A stretch of 64,000 bases of DNA from the NCBI RefSeq assembly GCF_964204865.1, contig NC_135263.1, forward strand, positions 9,362,001-9,426,000. The letters are read 5' to 3'. The notes below the pieces were generated by a model. The model worked only from the letters and a program-made list of their open reading frames with translations. It was not told the origin of the DNA and did no database searches. Source of the stretch: Styela clava (lineage: Eukaryota). This document shows positions 1 to 15,200 of this stretch, one piece after another. Positions within the stretch are counted from its first letter, which is position 1. Every line of letters starts with the position of its first letter. The position numbers and the translations under genes were made by a program.

Positions 1-2634
1 TAAATTTTGTGCGGTGTAATTGAATGTGTTATGCGCTGATCCCAAACCAACTCAAACCTGAAAAACTGTTCTTTTGGGGCGGTCTCTAATAGATTCAAAA
101 GTAGAAATAACTTTGTGCAAATACTCGTAACCATCTTTGAATTAGTACCTGTATATATTGGCTCAATTTAAACGCAATCAATTACGAAACCGATCCGACC
201 TTGGCCTGTCTCGACTTAAAACGCTGAATCTATCGATTTTACACGAGTTCCAATGCAATGTTTTATTCTTTGCTCGTTATTTTCAAGAAAAAAGAGCATT
301 TAAAGCAACTTTATATTTTTCAATAAAAGATTAAGCTGAGGTACTATAATCACACGTTTAGATCAATGACTAGATATGTTATAGAAAATCTATCCAACGT
401 ATGAATTATTGCATATTCAGACTTTTAGGCTATCTCAAATTTGATGAACAAAACGTAAGTAATTTTATCAAAACTTCCAAATTAAAAAATGTCAGATGTG
501 CATTCTGTCTAAATCTATCGAGTTTTACTGGTTGAATATCGTAGAATTGCAATCAAGAGTATTTTATTTATGGAAAAATAAATAGTTCATATTGTATATG
601 TTTGGCTCACTTTATGTATGAAAAGGGATAAACTGAATATATACCTCTCAATTCTCACTGTTTTCAAACCAACTTGGTTTAACCCATATAAGTGACACGG
701 CCAGCTACCTTTACATTGCGTCGTCGTGGTGACAATGGTAACCTCTCATATGTCTAAAACTAATGTCTATTCAAGTTGTCAAAATTATAAACTCTGTCCC
801 TTTTACGAAACTTCAGCGACTTTCAAAGGCCGATTGATTGGCCAACTATAAATCTACCAATAAATTGTTCTGACTTCTCGATATTCTCATTTACCAAGCC
901 GGACATACGTTCATGCGATACGCTACAAAAAACTCATTTAGCTAAGCATATGGCGATAGCGTTTGCATATACATTTTAACTTCGAATTTTCCCTGGCCTC
1001 ATATAAAAAATATATTCTTTTTGAACTATCGTTTTCATGATACTCAAAAATATGCAAACGGTGAGAGTGTGGCAGAGCGAATCCACCAGAGACGATACAA
1101 AGTCTATGCAATGAGAAACTGTCTGTGCAGTTGATGTCTACAAAGTATATAAAGCGACAACATTCCGTACGACTATGCAAGCGCGCCATTGTTAATATTT
1201 TCGGCGTCGAGACTTATCTAAACAAAATATCAGAAAACGAGTTTTCCTAGATTTTTCTCTGACATTCGCTCCAATCGATATTTCATCATGTTAATGTATT
1301 GAAATGGACTTTTTATAAAAATTTTACTCGAACATTTTTTGCGTATACACTTGCAATAAGTCGCACCATTATAATATATATAATGCATGATATCGGAGGT
1401 AAATTCCCTACCATATTATGATGATATATCTGACAATTTTGCCGGAACAACATCAGATCTCTTGTATCACAGTCATCGGTGCTTACCGTGTACTTCTGAC
1501 CAAAGGCTTGATACATAATGAATACCAACAACAGCTATTTTGCAATGCTTTTATGATTGTTTATAAATTAACTGTATGTGATATTCACAAGATCAGAGAC
1601 CGTCATCATAGATCATACTGATGAAGAAATACAAAGAGAAAATAAACGTCTGAAATTCTGTTGGAAATATTAAACATTCACCGATAATAATTTGAGTTGG
1701 TTGTCAAACGTGATCAATGGATATCGTACTTAAATCATGCTCGATTAACCATTATTTTCTACAAAATTCATGACTGTAATTACTCTGTGCAATTTTAGTT
1801 CAAAACTATTGTTTCAGTTTAATAGTCATCGAACGACCTCGTTTAAGAAGTAGAAGCAGAATGTTAAAAAACAACAGAAAATACACTGCTACATTAATTA
1901 ATTTTGGCACCACCGTTCACACAAAGTGTGGGCAAAATAACCTCAAAATTGGACCAATGAGAACTAACACTTTCAAATAATGAAGTTATTTGTATTTCCG
2001 ATGAAGTTTTACAATGCTATTACGATAAAATGATAGTAAACTTTCTGTAATTGTTATTGTAGTCGCATGAACCTTCAAGGAAACTTTAAAATCGGTTATT
2101 CGAGTCTTAATGACGAAAGGAAGTGAGTGATCTTTGATAATATATGGCAGTATTTTATAAGAGCAGATTTTACCAGCACAAGCACATATTGCTTTAGTCT
2201 ATAAAATTGTTAAACGATTTAAAATTTCAGTAACATTACTGGCATTTACCAATTATTCGTAACTCATAGGCATCAGTGTCATATATAGTTTGTTCATTTA
2301 TTTATTTTTTTTTAAATAAAAAAGTAAAATGCTGCCATATTTTAACTTTCAATAGGTCAAAAGAAGCGTAAATACAAGTAGTCATTGGATAGCCATGAAA
2401 TTTCAAAATCTAGAAAAAGGAAATTAAGATATCATGGGCCAGCAACAAAATATTCACTCTTATCGGATACCTATATGACAAAGTCAATGAAACAACCTAT
2501 AAAAAGTAGATTTAGTTATTTAAGCTTCTACTATTTTATATGTATAACATGTTTTAATCAGCTATTCTTAGGATTTTAATTCGAGATTCAAATTCGCGAG
2601 GAAATTCAACATAGTTAGACACAATGATCTAAAT

Positions 2635-3266
2635 CAGGGGTGTGCAACCTTTTTTGCAGGCGGGCCAAATATCAATAACCGCGTGAAACTGCGGGCCGCA
2701 CTTTCATTTAAAGTGAAGGCACAGGTCCAAAATGGTGTCTTTTTGTTATTGATCTCATGTCATCATCGGGGGTTCTTGCAGAATTTATGAGTTAAAACGC
2801 ATAAATTTCTTAAAACTGTAATTCGAATATATTGTAACACCCAATTTTGTCACACCCAATTTAAACAAATTCAATGAGAATTTTGATGCTGGAGTCTTTT
2901 TCCGATTTCTTTTACTCAAATTTGCTTAAAAAGAAGTGCTAGCATTTCGATATGACGCCCATTTCAGAAAAATATAAGTTACCGAAAAGTGCCATATTTG
3001 TAACCATAACCTTTTTGAAATTTGGAAAGGTTGAGATGATTTCAGTAAAATACACCAGGATTCATTTCCAAACACTTTACTGTCAAATCTTATTCTAGGT
3101 TAAATTTAGACAAAATCAACTGATAGGCTGGAATCAAAACTCATTTAAATTTTGTATCTTTTTATGTTATTTTTTTAAACTGCTCTCCAATTGCCTACAC
3201 GGGCCGCATAATTTTCCTTTGCGGGGCGCATTTGGCACGCGGGCCAAACTTTGCTGCACACCTCTG
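2635..3266. mobile_element. Buster/Charlie-type hAT MITE, 632 bp
   Basis: TIRs CAGGGGTGTGCA and TGCACACCTCTG. 8-bp TSD ATCTAAAT (2627-2634 and 3267-3274, nnnTAnnn). Repeated (G/A)CGGGCC subterminal motifs at both ends. Confidence 0.9.
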
Positions 3267-6200
3267 ATCTAAATATTGAATCAATACGTTTGATATGTTA
3301 TAGACAAGGCGTTGTGATCTTGCATTTGTAATTTGTTGTTTATAAGAAATTGATTAATTAATTCCCTTTTATGCCTATTTTCGTCGTCATTCAATACTTC
3401 CTTCAGACGCCGTAAGAGGGAGACAAAGATCCATTTCACACGGAAAAAATCAAATAATACTCATTTATTCTCTTTAAAGTAGAGTGTGATTGAGGACTTT
3501 TTGTATTTACTTTTCTCACAATTAGTATAATACTTTTTGGCTACTACATTTTGTACTAGTGACGCTCTGTTGCGACTCAGATTTAATCCTAGAAACCGGT
3601 TGACGTCAATCACTTGTCATTTACTCTGCCACTCTTCTTGAGAACAATGGAAAACAAGCTATTGTTTTGAAGGATCAATTGATATCGTACTTTATAGAAT
3701 TTGTTCCGAATTTAGAGAAAATTCAAGAGGAATTCCTGATACAGCTAATTTCCCTGTAATCAACGGAACACAAGAACAATGGAATAGAAAAATATAGATG
3801 ATGTTTTGTTTATTATATCTTTAAATCATGAATTTTTTTAATCAATATTATATATATGTGAAAAGTGTTGAATTTCTGAAGCCCTGAATGTAAAAAATAT
3901 TTTAAAGCAATAAATCAAATCACATTGCTTTAGAAACCCTACCCAATTCTGTCAACTTATAAATAATAAAATTTGACCCTACTACGCCAATCAAGGAAGT
4001 TGAGATTAAAAATGGAAGAAAGTGGAACTGGAATCGAAACAACTGCAGATTATGCAAACCCTTCGAAAGAAATTTTTCGTTTTCACTTTTAGTGAATAGG
4101 AATGAGGAAATGAAGTCTGTGTCTTTCATAATATAATTACACTATAGCAAATGCAATCCACAAAATGTAGTTAATTTATTAGGAGCAAATGAATAGCTAA
4201 TTAAATTTTATACAAAATTTAATGATTAAGTCAGTCTTGCCATAAACGTTTATGCATTCCTCTAAATTGATGGCGAGGTTCGCAACACCATTCTTGTTAC
4301 CACTTCTTTATTTTGCGGTTCATAAAATCTAGAAAAAAATTATAAGATCTTCTGACATAACTCTGTACTCTGCCGGGACGGTAAATGTACCTTCAGTATA
4401 AAGTCCACAATTTTACCATGTGTAAATATGAGACACAATACCGATCCAAATGCCACGACGCATTGTCTATAGGAGGAATATGAACGACTTATTATTGTAT
4501 AGAATATAGATGCTTCAACAGTTGGCTCCTTGTGAAATTTTTGTGCATTGTGCATTGTGGAGTTCTAGTTCACGCAATATTTTCCTGGTCGTTTTGAGTC
4601 CCATCTATTTCAATTATATTTTGTGAAAATCTAACAAACACGTAAAACATGTAAAAACTGTATAAATGAAGTAAGAACAATCATAACAATTTTTAGAACA
4701 TAACGTCAAATATTTTCAAGAGATTACAGTCAGACATAATTGGCTTTCCGGCTACTAATCTTAGAACGTAAATTTTGCGCATTAAGTTAAGCATTCGTGC
4801 CTAAATAACCAAATAACGCAGCAAATACATGTATTTTAAAGTAAATGATTTTTTTTTAAATTTATTATCGTGCAATCAAAGTATGGTCCATATCTGCTGT
4901 AAGAACTAATTGCATTTACAATGGGTAACATAGCAAACAACTTTACTCTCTGATCTTTTCAACAGTTAAGTTTGTTCTCGAGATTATGGTAAGGCTATAA
5001 TTAAAATCTACTCAAACGTTCACTTAAACCCCTATAAGATTTTAAAAGTCGAAACAGAGGCGGTGAAATTAGATTTTGAGTAATTTGTTTAACTGCACGA
5101 ACAAATAATTGTGTTGTTGGATACTTAGATATTATGTTTTCTCAGAAAACATGACCTACGTATGCATACGTCTTGTGGTTAAAGTTTAAACAAACTCTAT
5201 TTTTAAATTAGTAACTTTAAGAAGGTATTTGCATCAAACAGCTTTAAAACTAAGCAGCTCAAATCGCATTATCGTGTTTGGAATAATACAGAGAATAATT
5301 GCAATATTACTTTGTTCGCGTTTTAGCTATGTATAATAATTGCCTAATCTGCTTTTATGCAAAAATATGTGTTTTTTTATTGTTTGTACCTTCACATACA
5401 ACGTCATGTACAGCTCTAATAGCATCGTAAATTTGTATGCTAATCTGTGCTTGCTTTTCAAGTTTGAAGGTTTAAAATATTAAGATGAGCAGACAAGAAT
5501 TTAATTCAATTTGAAGTGTCTCATTATGCAAAAGTTGGGACTAAATGCTGAAAAACCCCATTTGCTTTACCGAATATAGTAACTGTGTTCGATTAAAAAT
5601 TTGGCCGTGCTTACACCGACCTTCCATCCCCCTCAATCATTGAAGCTTATGTTGATGCAAAATTATTGAATAATGGTGCATACAAAAGTAATATACTTAG
5701 GCCCAATCTATTGCCATAACTTGCAGTATAGGCCTCATGAAACATTATTGAGAATTTAAGCAAATTTGATCGATTTTGCTTAAAACAATCTTTATTATTT
5801 CAGAATAAAACAGCGTATGCGTCTTTGTCACTTTTGTTTTAGTACAGTTTTTTGTATTTTTTTCATAGAAAGACTAAGTCATGAACTTTACACTTAATAG
5901 CGGCTTGAGGGTCAAAGGTTGTGAGAGAACGTTGCCCATTTTGGTCAGTTGAACTCTGATGCGGAAGTTACTGGCCTTTTTAAAGCTCATCAATCCTGTA
6001 TTAGCTTACAAATCGCCATATGTCAAATCAAGTTTATTAAGTTAAAAGACATTCACGATAAGATATGCTCCTGTAAATAAATGGTGGCATTTTTCAACAT
6101 AGGTGGCATTTTCAAAATGGGTTTGATCGAATAAATTTCCGATCTCTCATCTATAATCGCCAAATCTGTATTTGAATATGTTTTAACTAATAACAAGAAC

Positions 6201-9200
6201 TAGGAATACGTTTTCTTTGACATGAATATTGGACTTTGTATAGATTTTATTACAATGTCGCCGAATTTCGCGTCTGTGACATAAACAAGAATCGACCGAT
6301 GTACATTAGAAACAATACTGGAATTTTTATATAAAGTGTTGTAGCCCCAAATAAAGTATAGCATCAAAGTATTGTAGCATTGTCAAATCAATATATTTTG
6401 TTTTTGCTTCACACAAAAAATTGTTTCGGAATCACGACTGGTCCAAAATACATTACACACGTACAAACAGAACATTTTTATTTTAGATAGATCATGCATG
6501 ATAAAATAACGCAAACTTCAAATATTTCTGTTATTTAATCTCAAGGAAAGTAATGGAAACTGCTATTTCGCGAATGGGTTCAAATTTTATTTGTAAGATG
6601 TCAGCGAAATAAAATCTATTTTTTTGGTTCCAGTTTGGTACGAGATGTGCCCGATAAGATATATCTGTCCGAAGCAATGTCTACATTAAACTTTCTTTAA
6701 TGAGAAGATCATTTATGTATCGACCTTGCCAAATTTAAATGGATGACAATAGGGTGTATCATTATGAGCTCCAATATTATAATAACTGCAATATTTTTCT
6801 TCTTGAAAAACCTTTATTTTCATTAACGCTAACTCATGTAAAATTTATAAAATAGTCATTCCCCGTTAAAAAGATAGAGCTATGGCCAAAAGTAAAGCGT
6901 TTTCTCAAATCTCAAAAGGTTCTATTTCTATTTATACAGAGTGTTTAATATCGATCTCAACATAACTTTAAGATAGATTATTTTGAAAATTTTACAGTTG
7001 TTCTATCAGCTCACACCAGGGTAAACGTGCAAGACTATTTTTATCAGTTCAATCGTATATGCCTGCCAATTTATATCTTACTGGTAGCGTTGTGAGAGCA
7101 TCCAACTAGCATATTGTTCAACAGTAAAGCTTGCCATTGGTGGTGATACAACACAAAACAACTTTTTATTACGTTAATGCAATAATGGTGACTCTCGCTT
7201 TGATAAGTGGTTTATTATCTGATATCTGATTTGTTCTTGTCTACCGTACGCCTAAATTGACAGTGTTTTACCCTTGATAAATGGGTAATTCTCGTAAGGA
7301 AAGTTTCAATTTCCAATGAGTATCAATCACTAAATATTTAGAAATCAATGTCTTTTGGTGCCAGTCCTGTTAGGACTCGTTTTAATTTTCAGTTTTGTTA
7401 CATTTTACGAATTGATCATTTACATTTTATTTATTATTAGTCAGAATCTAACAAATGGAATTATGTCTTAACAAAGCTATTAAATAAACAAATTATCATC
7501 ACCCTTTAATTTGAGTAATTTTAGTCCGAACGCGCTTGGAGATTATGATAAAGTTACTAATATATGCATTAATTCATCCTTGATTATAGATAGTTTTACA
7601 ATAGGTTCAACTGGTGGATTATAATTTCAAAATCGTGTGCCATTGAATTTACATGCAATAAAAAAATATAAGTACATCGAAGTGTAATTGTGCGGTGATG
7701 AAGCTATTATTACAAAACAAAAAATTACATAAAAATCGAAAGTTTATGATTCAATGTTATGGGCGTATACAAATGAATTCAAAATATTTATACAAAGCGT
7801 TATGGGCGATATTTGGGTGGAATTTAGAAAGGTAAGTTTAAATAAAAATCTTAAGGATATATTTGCATATTTAAACTATCGGTAGCAGCTGGATTTTCTT
7901 GCGCGATCGACCCGTGTGACGAATTATACGAAGTTATTTCGCCTGACAATTTCAATCGCACGTCGGTAAGAATAGTGGCATCTGTTCCATGGGGAGTGTG
8001 TTCCGCCATAAGAATTTGCTTCGCTAATTTTTAAAGAAATGGTCGACACAATTAACCTTATTTGTTATGTGTTAATTCAATGTTTTTGACGATCAATTGA
8101 CGAGAGACTCAAGTTTTTATAACGTAAAGGGATGTCGATATTATGAAGCGGAATGCACTTGAAATGTATCCTACGAAATAAATAATGTATTCACAAAATT
8201 GACAAGCATCTGTATGGTTAAATTGTGTCTCGATAATGATACAATTGTTTAAATAAGACTGAAAAAGAAAATACATACGTGGAAACAGAGACTATTTCTA
8301 TTATTTTATTTAATTTATGTTACAGTTAACAATAAATTTTTTATTACTAAGGCTTGAACGTAAATTTTTATATCAAAATATTGCAATGTTCTACATCATG
8401 TAACTTCAATAACTAAACTCGTAAAAGGGTACAAAACATTCAAAAAAATTCTATTCACATTTGTTATTTATATCAACATAAAACGATACTAATCGATAAA
8501 TAATATAAATTTTAAATATTTTGTGCTATAATTCGCATTTATATAACTAATAGTTAAAAATATTTAGATTATCAAATATCACAAATGTAAATGCGGAAAA
8601 AGTGATTTAATTTGTTAACGTTCTAAAGTTACACTTACAGTAATGCTTAGTCAAACACGAGCCTGTTTGTATAGTGTTAAGTTAGAAATCTTTCATGATG
8701 AATACAAATGTTTTGTTTTGATTTGGATTACAAAATCGGTAAAATCGAAAGGATCGTTGTTGTAATAGCAGCGATAAAATGTAATTTATTTGCGTTTATA
8801 ATTGTTAATGGATTGTTTTTCTGCGCAATGTACGAAATCGGCCTACGACTACCAAATATGAATACAACAATTTTTATAGTTTTTATAATCCTACTAACAA
8901 ATCTTAACAAAATTAAATATTACTGCGTGAAGTATGACAATTTTAGGTACTTTCGAATATTACTTATTTGAGCTGTAGAATTATATTTAAGTGAGTATTG
9001 CTGCACACTTGCATATACATATCTGTAATGTTTTGTATTGGCAAGCATTACTACGGTTTTGTATTGAAAGATATATTACTCATCAAGCAATAAAAAGCTA
9101 ATTATCCACGCTAAAAATTGGGTATTTGAACATAAAACTAAATTTCGGTATTTCATTCGGCAGACTATTTTTCTTTTAGCGTATTCTTTACCGACTTATA

Positions 9201-12200
9201 CAAAATTTGAAACCAGAAGATGAGTAATTAGCAAACAGACTTTGCCCAGTGTTCAATCAACGTAAGCATATATCAAAGGAGGACTGGCAAACTTTCTGTA
9301 AAATGATTATATTTTTAATGGATAAAAGGGTTGTAATGTGATAGCGGGTGCTGTTGAAAAAATACAAAAACTTTCTTCAATTTCGTGACTATTTGGATAT
9401 GTTTTCAAAAATGGACTCTTAAATGAATGCAGTGAATACATCTGGTTATGAAATATTTGATATTTCTAAATAAAAAAATTTCTATTATTTAAGTGTAAAT
9501 GCTTTTCTATTGGTCCTCTTTTCAGTTTAAGATTTTGAATATTGATAAGCTGTGTTTTATGGCTTAGTAAGCTATTCGTATTATCGGGACAACATTATCG
9601 CCGATTTCCGACATCCATCAGACGACAATAATGGGAGAAAATCCAATGAAATCCGAAATTTGAGTTTACCATAACTACGTGATCATTTTATTGTTCATTA
9701 CTGTACATTTTCTGTAATATTTCTTCGATTTCAGACAAATCGACTTCCATCCTTGATTTTTCCTGACTTCCTTGATTGACAAATGAGATGGTTTTCAATC
9801 AACAATATGACAGCAGAATTGGCGTGCTTGAATCACATCCATAACTCATTATGAAACGCCTAAGAATTTTTTTCATTTTTTATTCGGGGGAGTTACAACC
9901 AACACTATTACAAAACAAAAAAATCAATTCATTTTTGATCGTTTAATAAATTTGCTATCGTATTTTTGACAAAAAATTATTATTATGATGTCCTAACTAT
10001 CTTAATTCTTTCAAAAACACCAATATATTGTAAGGACTGTAATTTTCAAGTATATTTACTGTAAATTTTGCTTACTTCTTTCCTCGTAAATACCTATAAA
10101 GTTCTATTTTATGTTTGAATAACAGCCATTGTTAAAACATATTGCTTCAGAGTGTTGACCATTAATCGAACTATTCTTAATCCGAACCCAATTATATGCG
10201 GCATTAAGTTGTCGCCATAACAATAGGCAGTCTTCCATTGTTTTGATGAATTCAAATTATTTGAGTGACAGGACCATGATCCGGTATGCAATTTCAAAAT
10301 GGGAGAGGGAATACTGCCGAGAGAATTAAAGAGAGTGAGGAGAAAAGTAGAAAATGAGAGAGTTATTGAATGATATGCTGAGGCTGGAAGAATCTTTGCG
10401 ATAAATGTAGGTAGAAATCGAGGGAAACCGGCAATGCGAATTATATCCATAGTGCAGTATAGAAAACATTTAGTACGAATCTCCAAACTTCATAGCAGAT
10501 TTTATCGTTTGAATAAAATATGTCAAAAATACCTAAATTTTATAACAAAATACAAGCCTGTTTTTGAATTCAGATAAATTGGTTACTATGACACCCCGAA
10601 CAAAGTATCATTGTAGTTTTACTAATTCCTCTAAATACGAAATTATTATTGCCATAAATTTTTTTACAATTTTCAAAAATTATTTTAGTTACAAGTCGGC
10701 AAATTTGCCACATGAACATATCACTAACAATTGTACCTTTGTGATTCTTTTTATGTGTTGTATATAATGTATCTATGTGTACAAAAACACATACAATAAT
10801 TAGGGTGCTCATTTGTTCATTGCGAGTTTTTACCATCTAAAATTTATGCCTCCGTTTTCGCATTCGATATACAACTACGTATTATTATTCCCTTAAACAA
10901 TATCTACAGTTGAAGTTATTCGTCTTGATAAGCGGGCTTTTACATTCTGTTTGCTGCACAAATTAATATTGCGGTATAGGACCTTCTCGGGTCATTCTTT
11001 CCGTCGCGTGAAAAGTCACCGTGGTTCAATTAGAAACATGCGTTACATAAACAATATTCAATGTAGACACAACTTATATACGCCTCAAGGTGAATTTTCT
11101 TCAAAATAAAATTTAGAAAAATACGAATTCTTTATCATTTTAAGTTAATTCAAGTTATTAGGTAGAGACAAACTTTATAACTCATTTTGGTGATATTGTG
11201 GAAAATAAAGTTTTGAAACGGTGGTTGCATAAGCCTATTTGGCTATATTGTATTGCAATTACTATGATGAGGAATAGAAAAAAATATTGCCATAGTATGG
11301 AGACATATGCGAACGCCGAAAACAACATTGATTTTATTATTAACCTTCGCAATGGAACCGTTGCTAAATAAACAAAATACAAATATTGTACTTTTTTGTA
11401 ATATTGTACTTTGTCTTATATTTATACTTGTGATTTTGCTATTTAGCTGTCGATTTTTATATCTGTTAATCTCTTGCAACAAAGCTTGACATTTATGAAA
11501 TATTTCTGAAAGTTTATATTAGATGTAAATGAACATTAAATCAAGGTATTAAATTAATATTACATGTTTAGATGGGCGTTCACCAAAACATACTGATATC
11601 ATCATTTTATTTTGCATATAATATTTGAACTCGAAAGTTTTACATAAAACTCGAACTTTTCACGATTCAGTTTTAAAATTCAAAGTATGCATATACATTT
11701 ACTTTGCATAAATACATGGTTAGTGCATTTCTGGTGAGAACAACATCTAAGTTAAGATAACATTGCCTTCAAAATATCTTTTCTAAATTAAAGTTTTAAT
11801 CTGTGGAATGTTTTTAAACTGGCTTCAGGATTCACCATATTTTTTATTTTGCAATTTGCACAGACGCTTAAAGTATTCATTATTCGTTTGATGGACAAGT
11901 TGTTAATTATTTGTAAGCTTACACCTTTATGAATTGTAAGTCTGCAATAATGCTCATTTGCATGCTAAATTAATATTTTCAATGCGGAATAATAATGAAA
12001 AAACGTTTAGTTTTCTGTGCACTATGCCATATTCCCATTAGAAGATTTGAGTAAACGTTCACGGTTAGCATTTTGATCAAGTTCAATCCTGAACATAAAA
12101 TAAGTTCTGAATAGAATATATTTTTCTTCGAACAGAAACGCTGTGGTTCTTAAGTGGCAGAAAGAGCACACGAATCACTTCAGCTTTGATAGATGACAAG

Positions 12201-15200
12201 ACTTATTTTGTAATAATAGCGAACACATGACAACAGCCTTCAATATGAAACACAAAACATCTTGCGCCAGTCATGTCCCTTGAGTCCATAAGTAAAAGTT
12301 AATGATACGTTCGTTGTACGACCATCGGTTGTCTCCAGGTTAACCGACAAATTACACAACACAAAGACAAACAGTGGTAAAATTTAAAACAGGGAATAAT
12401 ATAATTCATCAATATTTATTAGATATTAAAATTTAATGAGAATTTAACATAATTATTGAGTCGTCGGTATGCAACAATCGGTATTTCATTTATTGTTTAT
12501 TGCTTGGTAACGGGTGTCATTGGCTGAATAAATCAACGACGTAAAATTTAGGACTTTTATTTGCTCCGGCAATAAAATGACACAACAGATAAGTTTTTAT
12601 TGCTAAATAAAAGTGAACAAATTGCCAAAAGTCTGCTACGAGAACTATTGATATCACAATAAAGCAAACGAGGTATCTATTATAACCATTATAAATTCAG
12701 TTTCATCTATTTTATGTATAAGTAAATGGAACATGTAAGTAAACATGGTATGGATACTGTTGGCACGCTATGTGTATTAAACATCTTTATCTAATATGTG
12801 ATCTTTAGTTGCAATTAGTTATTGGTATTTTTCATTCTCATTTTTACTTTGAACAAATTTTAACAAATTTAACCAGGGATTTGGCAAATATCGTATGGTT
12901 GTATTTTAATCAAATTAACGACGGAGTTTGATGCAATTACATCATTTAAAGTTTAGAGATGAATAGACGATTAGGTGACTGAACAAGAGTGGATTACATA
13001 AAAAAGAATTGTATCGAACTAATGACACACGTTTGTTGAGTGATTACATTACATTTGTATGGAGAATGCAACGCGATACTTGGATTAATTTATCTGTAGA
13101 GTACACCATGACTGTTTATCAATTAGAGAAACAACTAAATAAACCACTTAGCACTCCTTGATTTGAAGTGAAGTTGTTTATAATTTACTAAATAACAGTC
13201 ATTTACAGTATTTCGTTTATCAAACAAATTCTTTAATAAAGCATATTAGCAATTAGGTGTTCTACTCATAAATTCTGTACAATAATAAATTTTATAACGA
13301 TAAAGCACGAAAATTTGTAAAAATATGTTGTGGTCACCACACCAAGCCACGTTTTTGTCGATTGCGATCAAATTCGATGCGGCTTTGAATATCATATGGT
13401 TTTAAAAGTTTAATAAGTTTTTTATTGTTACAGACTCTATTGTTACATATGCTAAGCATATTGGCAAATTTAATTGCCTTATATTTGACTTTTTTAAGTT
13501 ATTTCCGAGTATGGAGTGACGTGCAAATTAGTAAAGATGTCTAGCCATTGTTTACTACTTATTTAACTTCTGTATTATGTTATTTGAACAATTCTAGGTC
13601 AAATTTAAGCCTTAGTTCAATTCCAATAAATGAACCTTCAAAGTGGTTGTCGAAAATTAACACTTATTAAGAATTTACAGTAAACTTTGTTAACGTAATT
13701 TGGTAATCTACCATAAACGTCAGAGCAACTGAATGTTGGTTAAACCAATTTTACCATATTATGTTAAACAATGGAAATTGTTGTGCATCCGTTGTCAACA
13801 CATCTGTTTGTGCCTTCTCCGATTCTTCAAAAAACTGACGGGCAAAACTCAAATATAGACAAAAATATTTATTCGTTTTTGAAAAAACAACTTATACACA
13901 GTAACGCTTAACTATCAATATAATCCTTATAGTAAAAGAATTATAATTGAAATCTCGCGTAAATTTTTGATGATATGTATTTGCATATGATGGCCCGTGA
14001 TAAATTCTTTCAAAACAGGGTCAAGTTTGTTTTCAGTTTTGGAAATTGAAGGTTAATTAATAAGATTGTTTTGAAGATTAACAACATAATTTACACCAAA
14101 TTTGAGAAAGTCACAAAAATTTTATCTATATAATTATCAAAATTATATATTACAATTGTGTGGTTTTAATATTGGATTATTTACAATTTATTTTTCATAA
14201 AAGTATGTTCTGTTATTTATGAGTAATAAATAACAATTTGAACTGAAAATTGGATTTAAAATATTCTATTTGAATTTTTCACTTCCAAGTAGATCACTAT
14301 CTTTTATAAACTAAAGGTAAAATCAAGCGTTAGATCACGAATTCAATATAAAACACGAGAACGTACAAGTATTGAATACCAATTACAGTTATGGTATGAT
14401 AAGAATTTAATACTGTTACGGTTTATGTCCATAAAAAGGAGTTCGTTAGTCATTAAACCTCGCGTATGGTTATATTAAACTTAAATTGTGTTCTGTTCAA
14501 TTTTTTTTTGTATAGTTGAGGAAGGTATGCGATTAAATAAAAATGCCAATAAACTGTCTCGTTTATGTTCATATTATGTTTATTATTTAATCCGCCAGCG
14601 GGCGCTAGGAAGAACCAAAATCAATCAAAAATATTCTATGACAGCTATGGTTTTCAACGTTAACTGGCACTAATTACAACATACTTGAAGTTAAATTTTA
14701 TAAATTGTTTTCAAAAATACTTTTACTAAGTAAGCCAGGCGAAAACTGATTTAAAAAAAAAACGTTGTAAAATGCTTAATATTTCACACGACTAAACGAA
14801 ACTTTTAAATTTAAGGAATACATTATTTCATCCTCTGCTATAAGTGCTTTTATTTAAATTTTGATCACGTAGTTTTGATTGTTATTTATGTTGATAATTC
14901 ATCAATAACAAAATGAATCAATAACAACTGCTACCCACTCTACCTACTCTGTTGTCTTCAGTGAGGTGAAAGATGCAACACAAACAAACTTTATGTTCTA
15001 TTTATTCATTTTAGAATTCCACGGTACGTAATATGTTTCAAATTCTATAAATACTACACGACATACAGGGAAAGTGTATTGAAAATAGATTTGAAGGAAA
15101 TCTTAGATGAATTAAAACCAAAAATCACATCAAAATTTTCATTATTCAATGAATGAATGTATTCGTAAAATTTTTGTACCTATTTCACTTCTGTAGCAAA

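Noticed and set aside
4015-4085. KWNWNRNNCRLCKPFERNF resembles the C-terminal CRLCK motif of some CR1/L2-like LINEs
   Set aside because: A single short motif with no supporting upstream RT sequence.
7923-7937. ATTATACGAAGTTAT matches one loxP arm
   Set aside because: There is no second arm and no vector context; an AT-rich half-site can arise by chance.
10109-10486. 125-aa minus-strand ORF; the + strand has NYLSDRT and DHDPV, reminiscent of LINE motifs
   Set aside because: Non-ATG start and no coherent domain; the motifs are in different frames and lack their expected neighbours.
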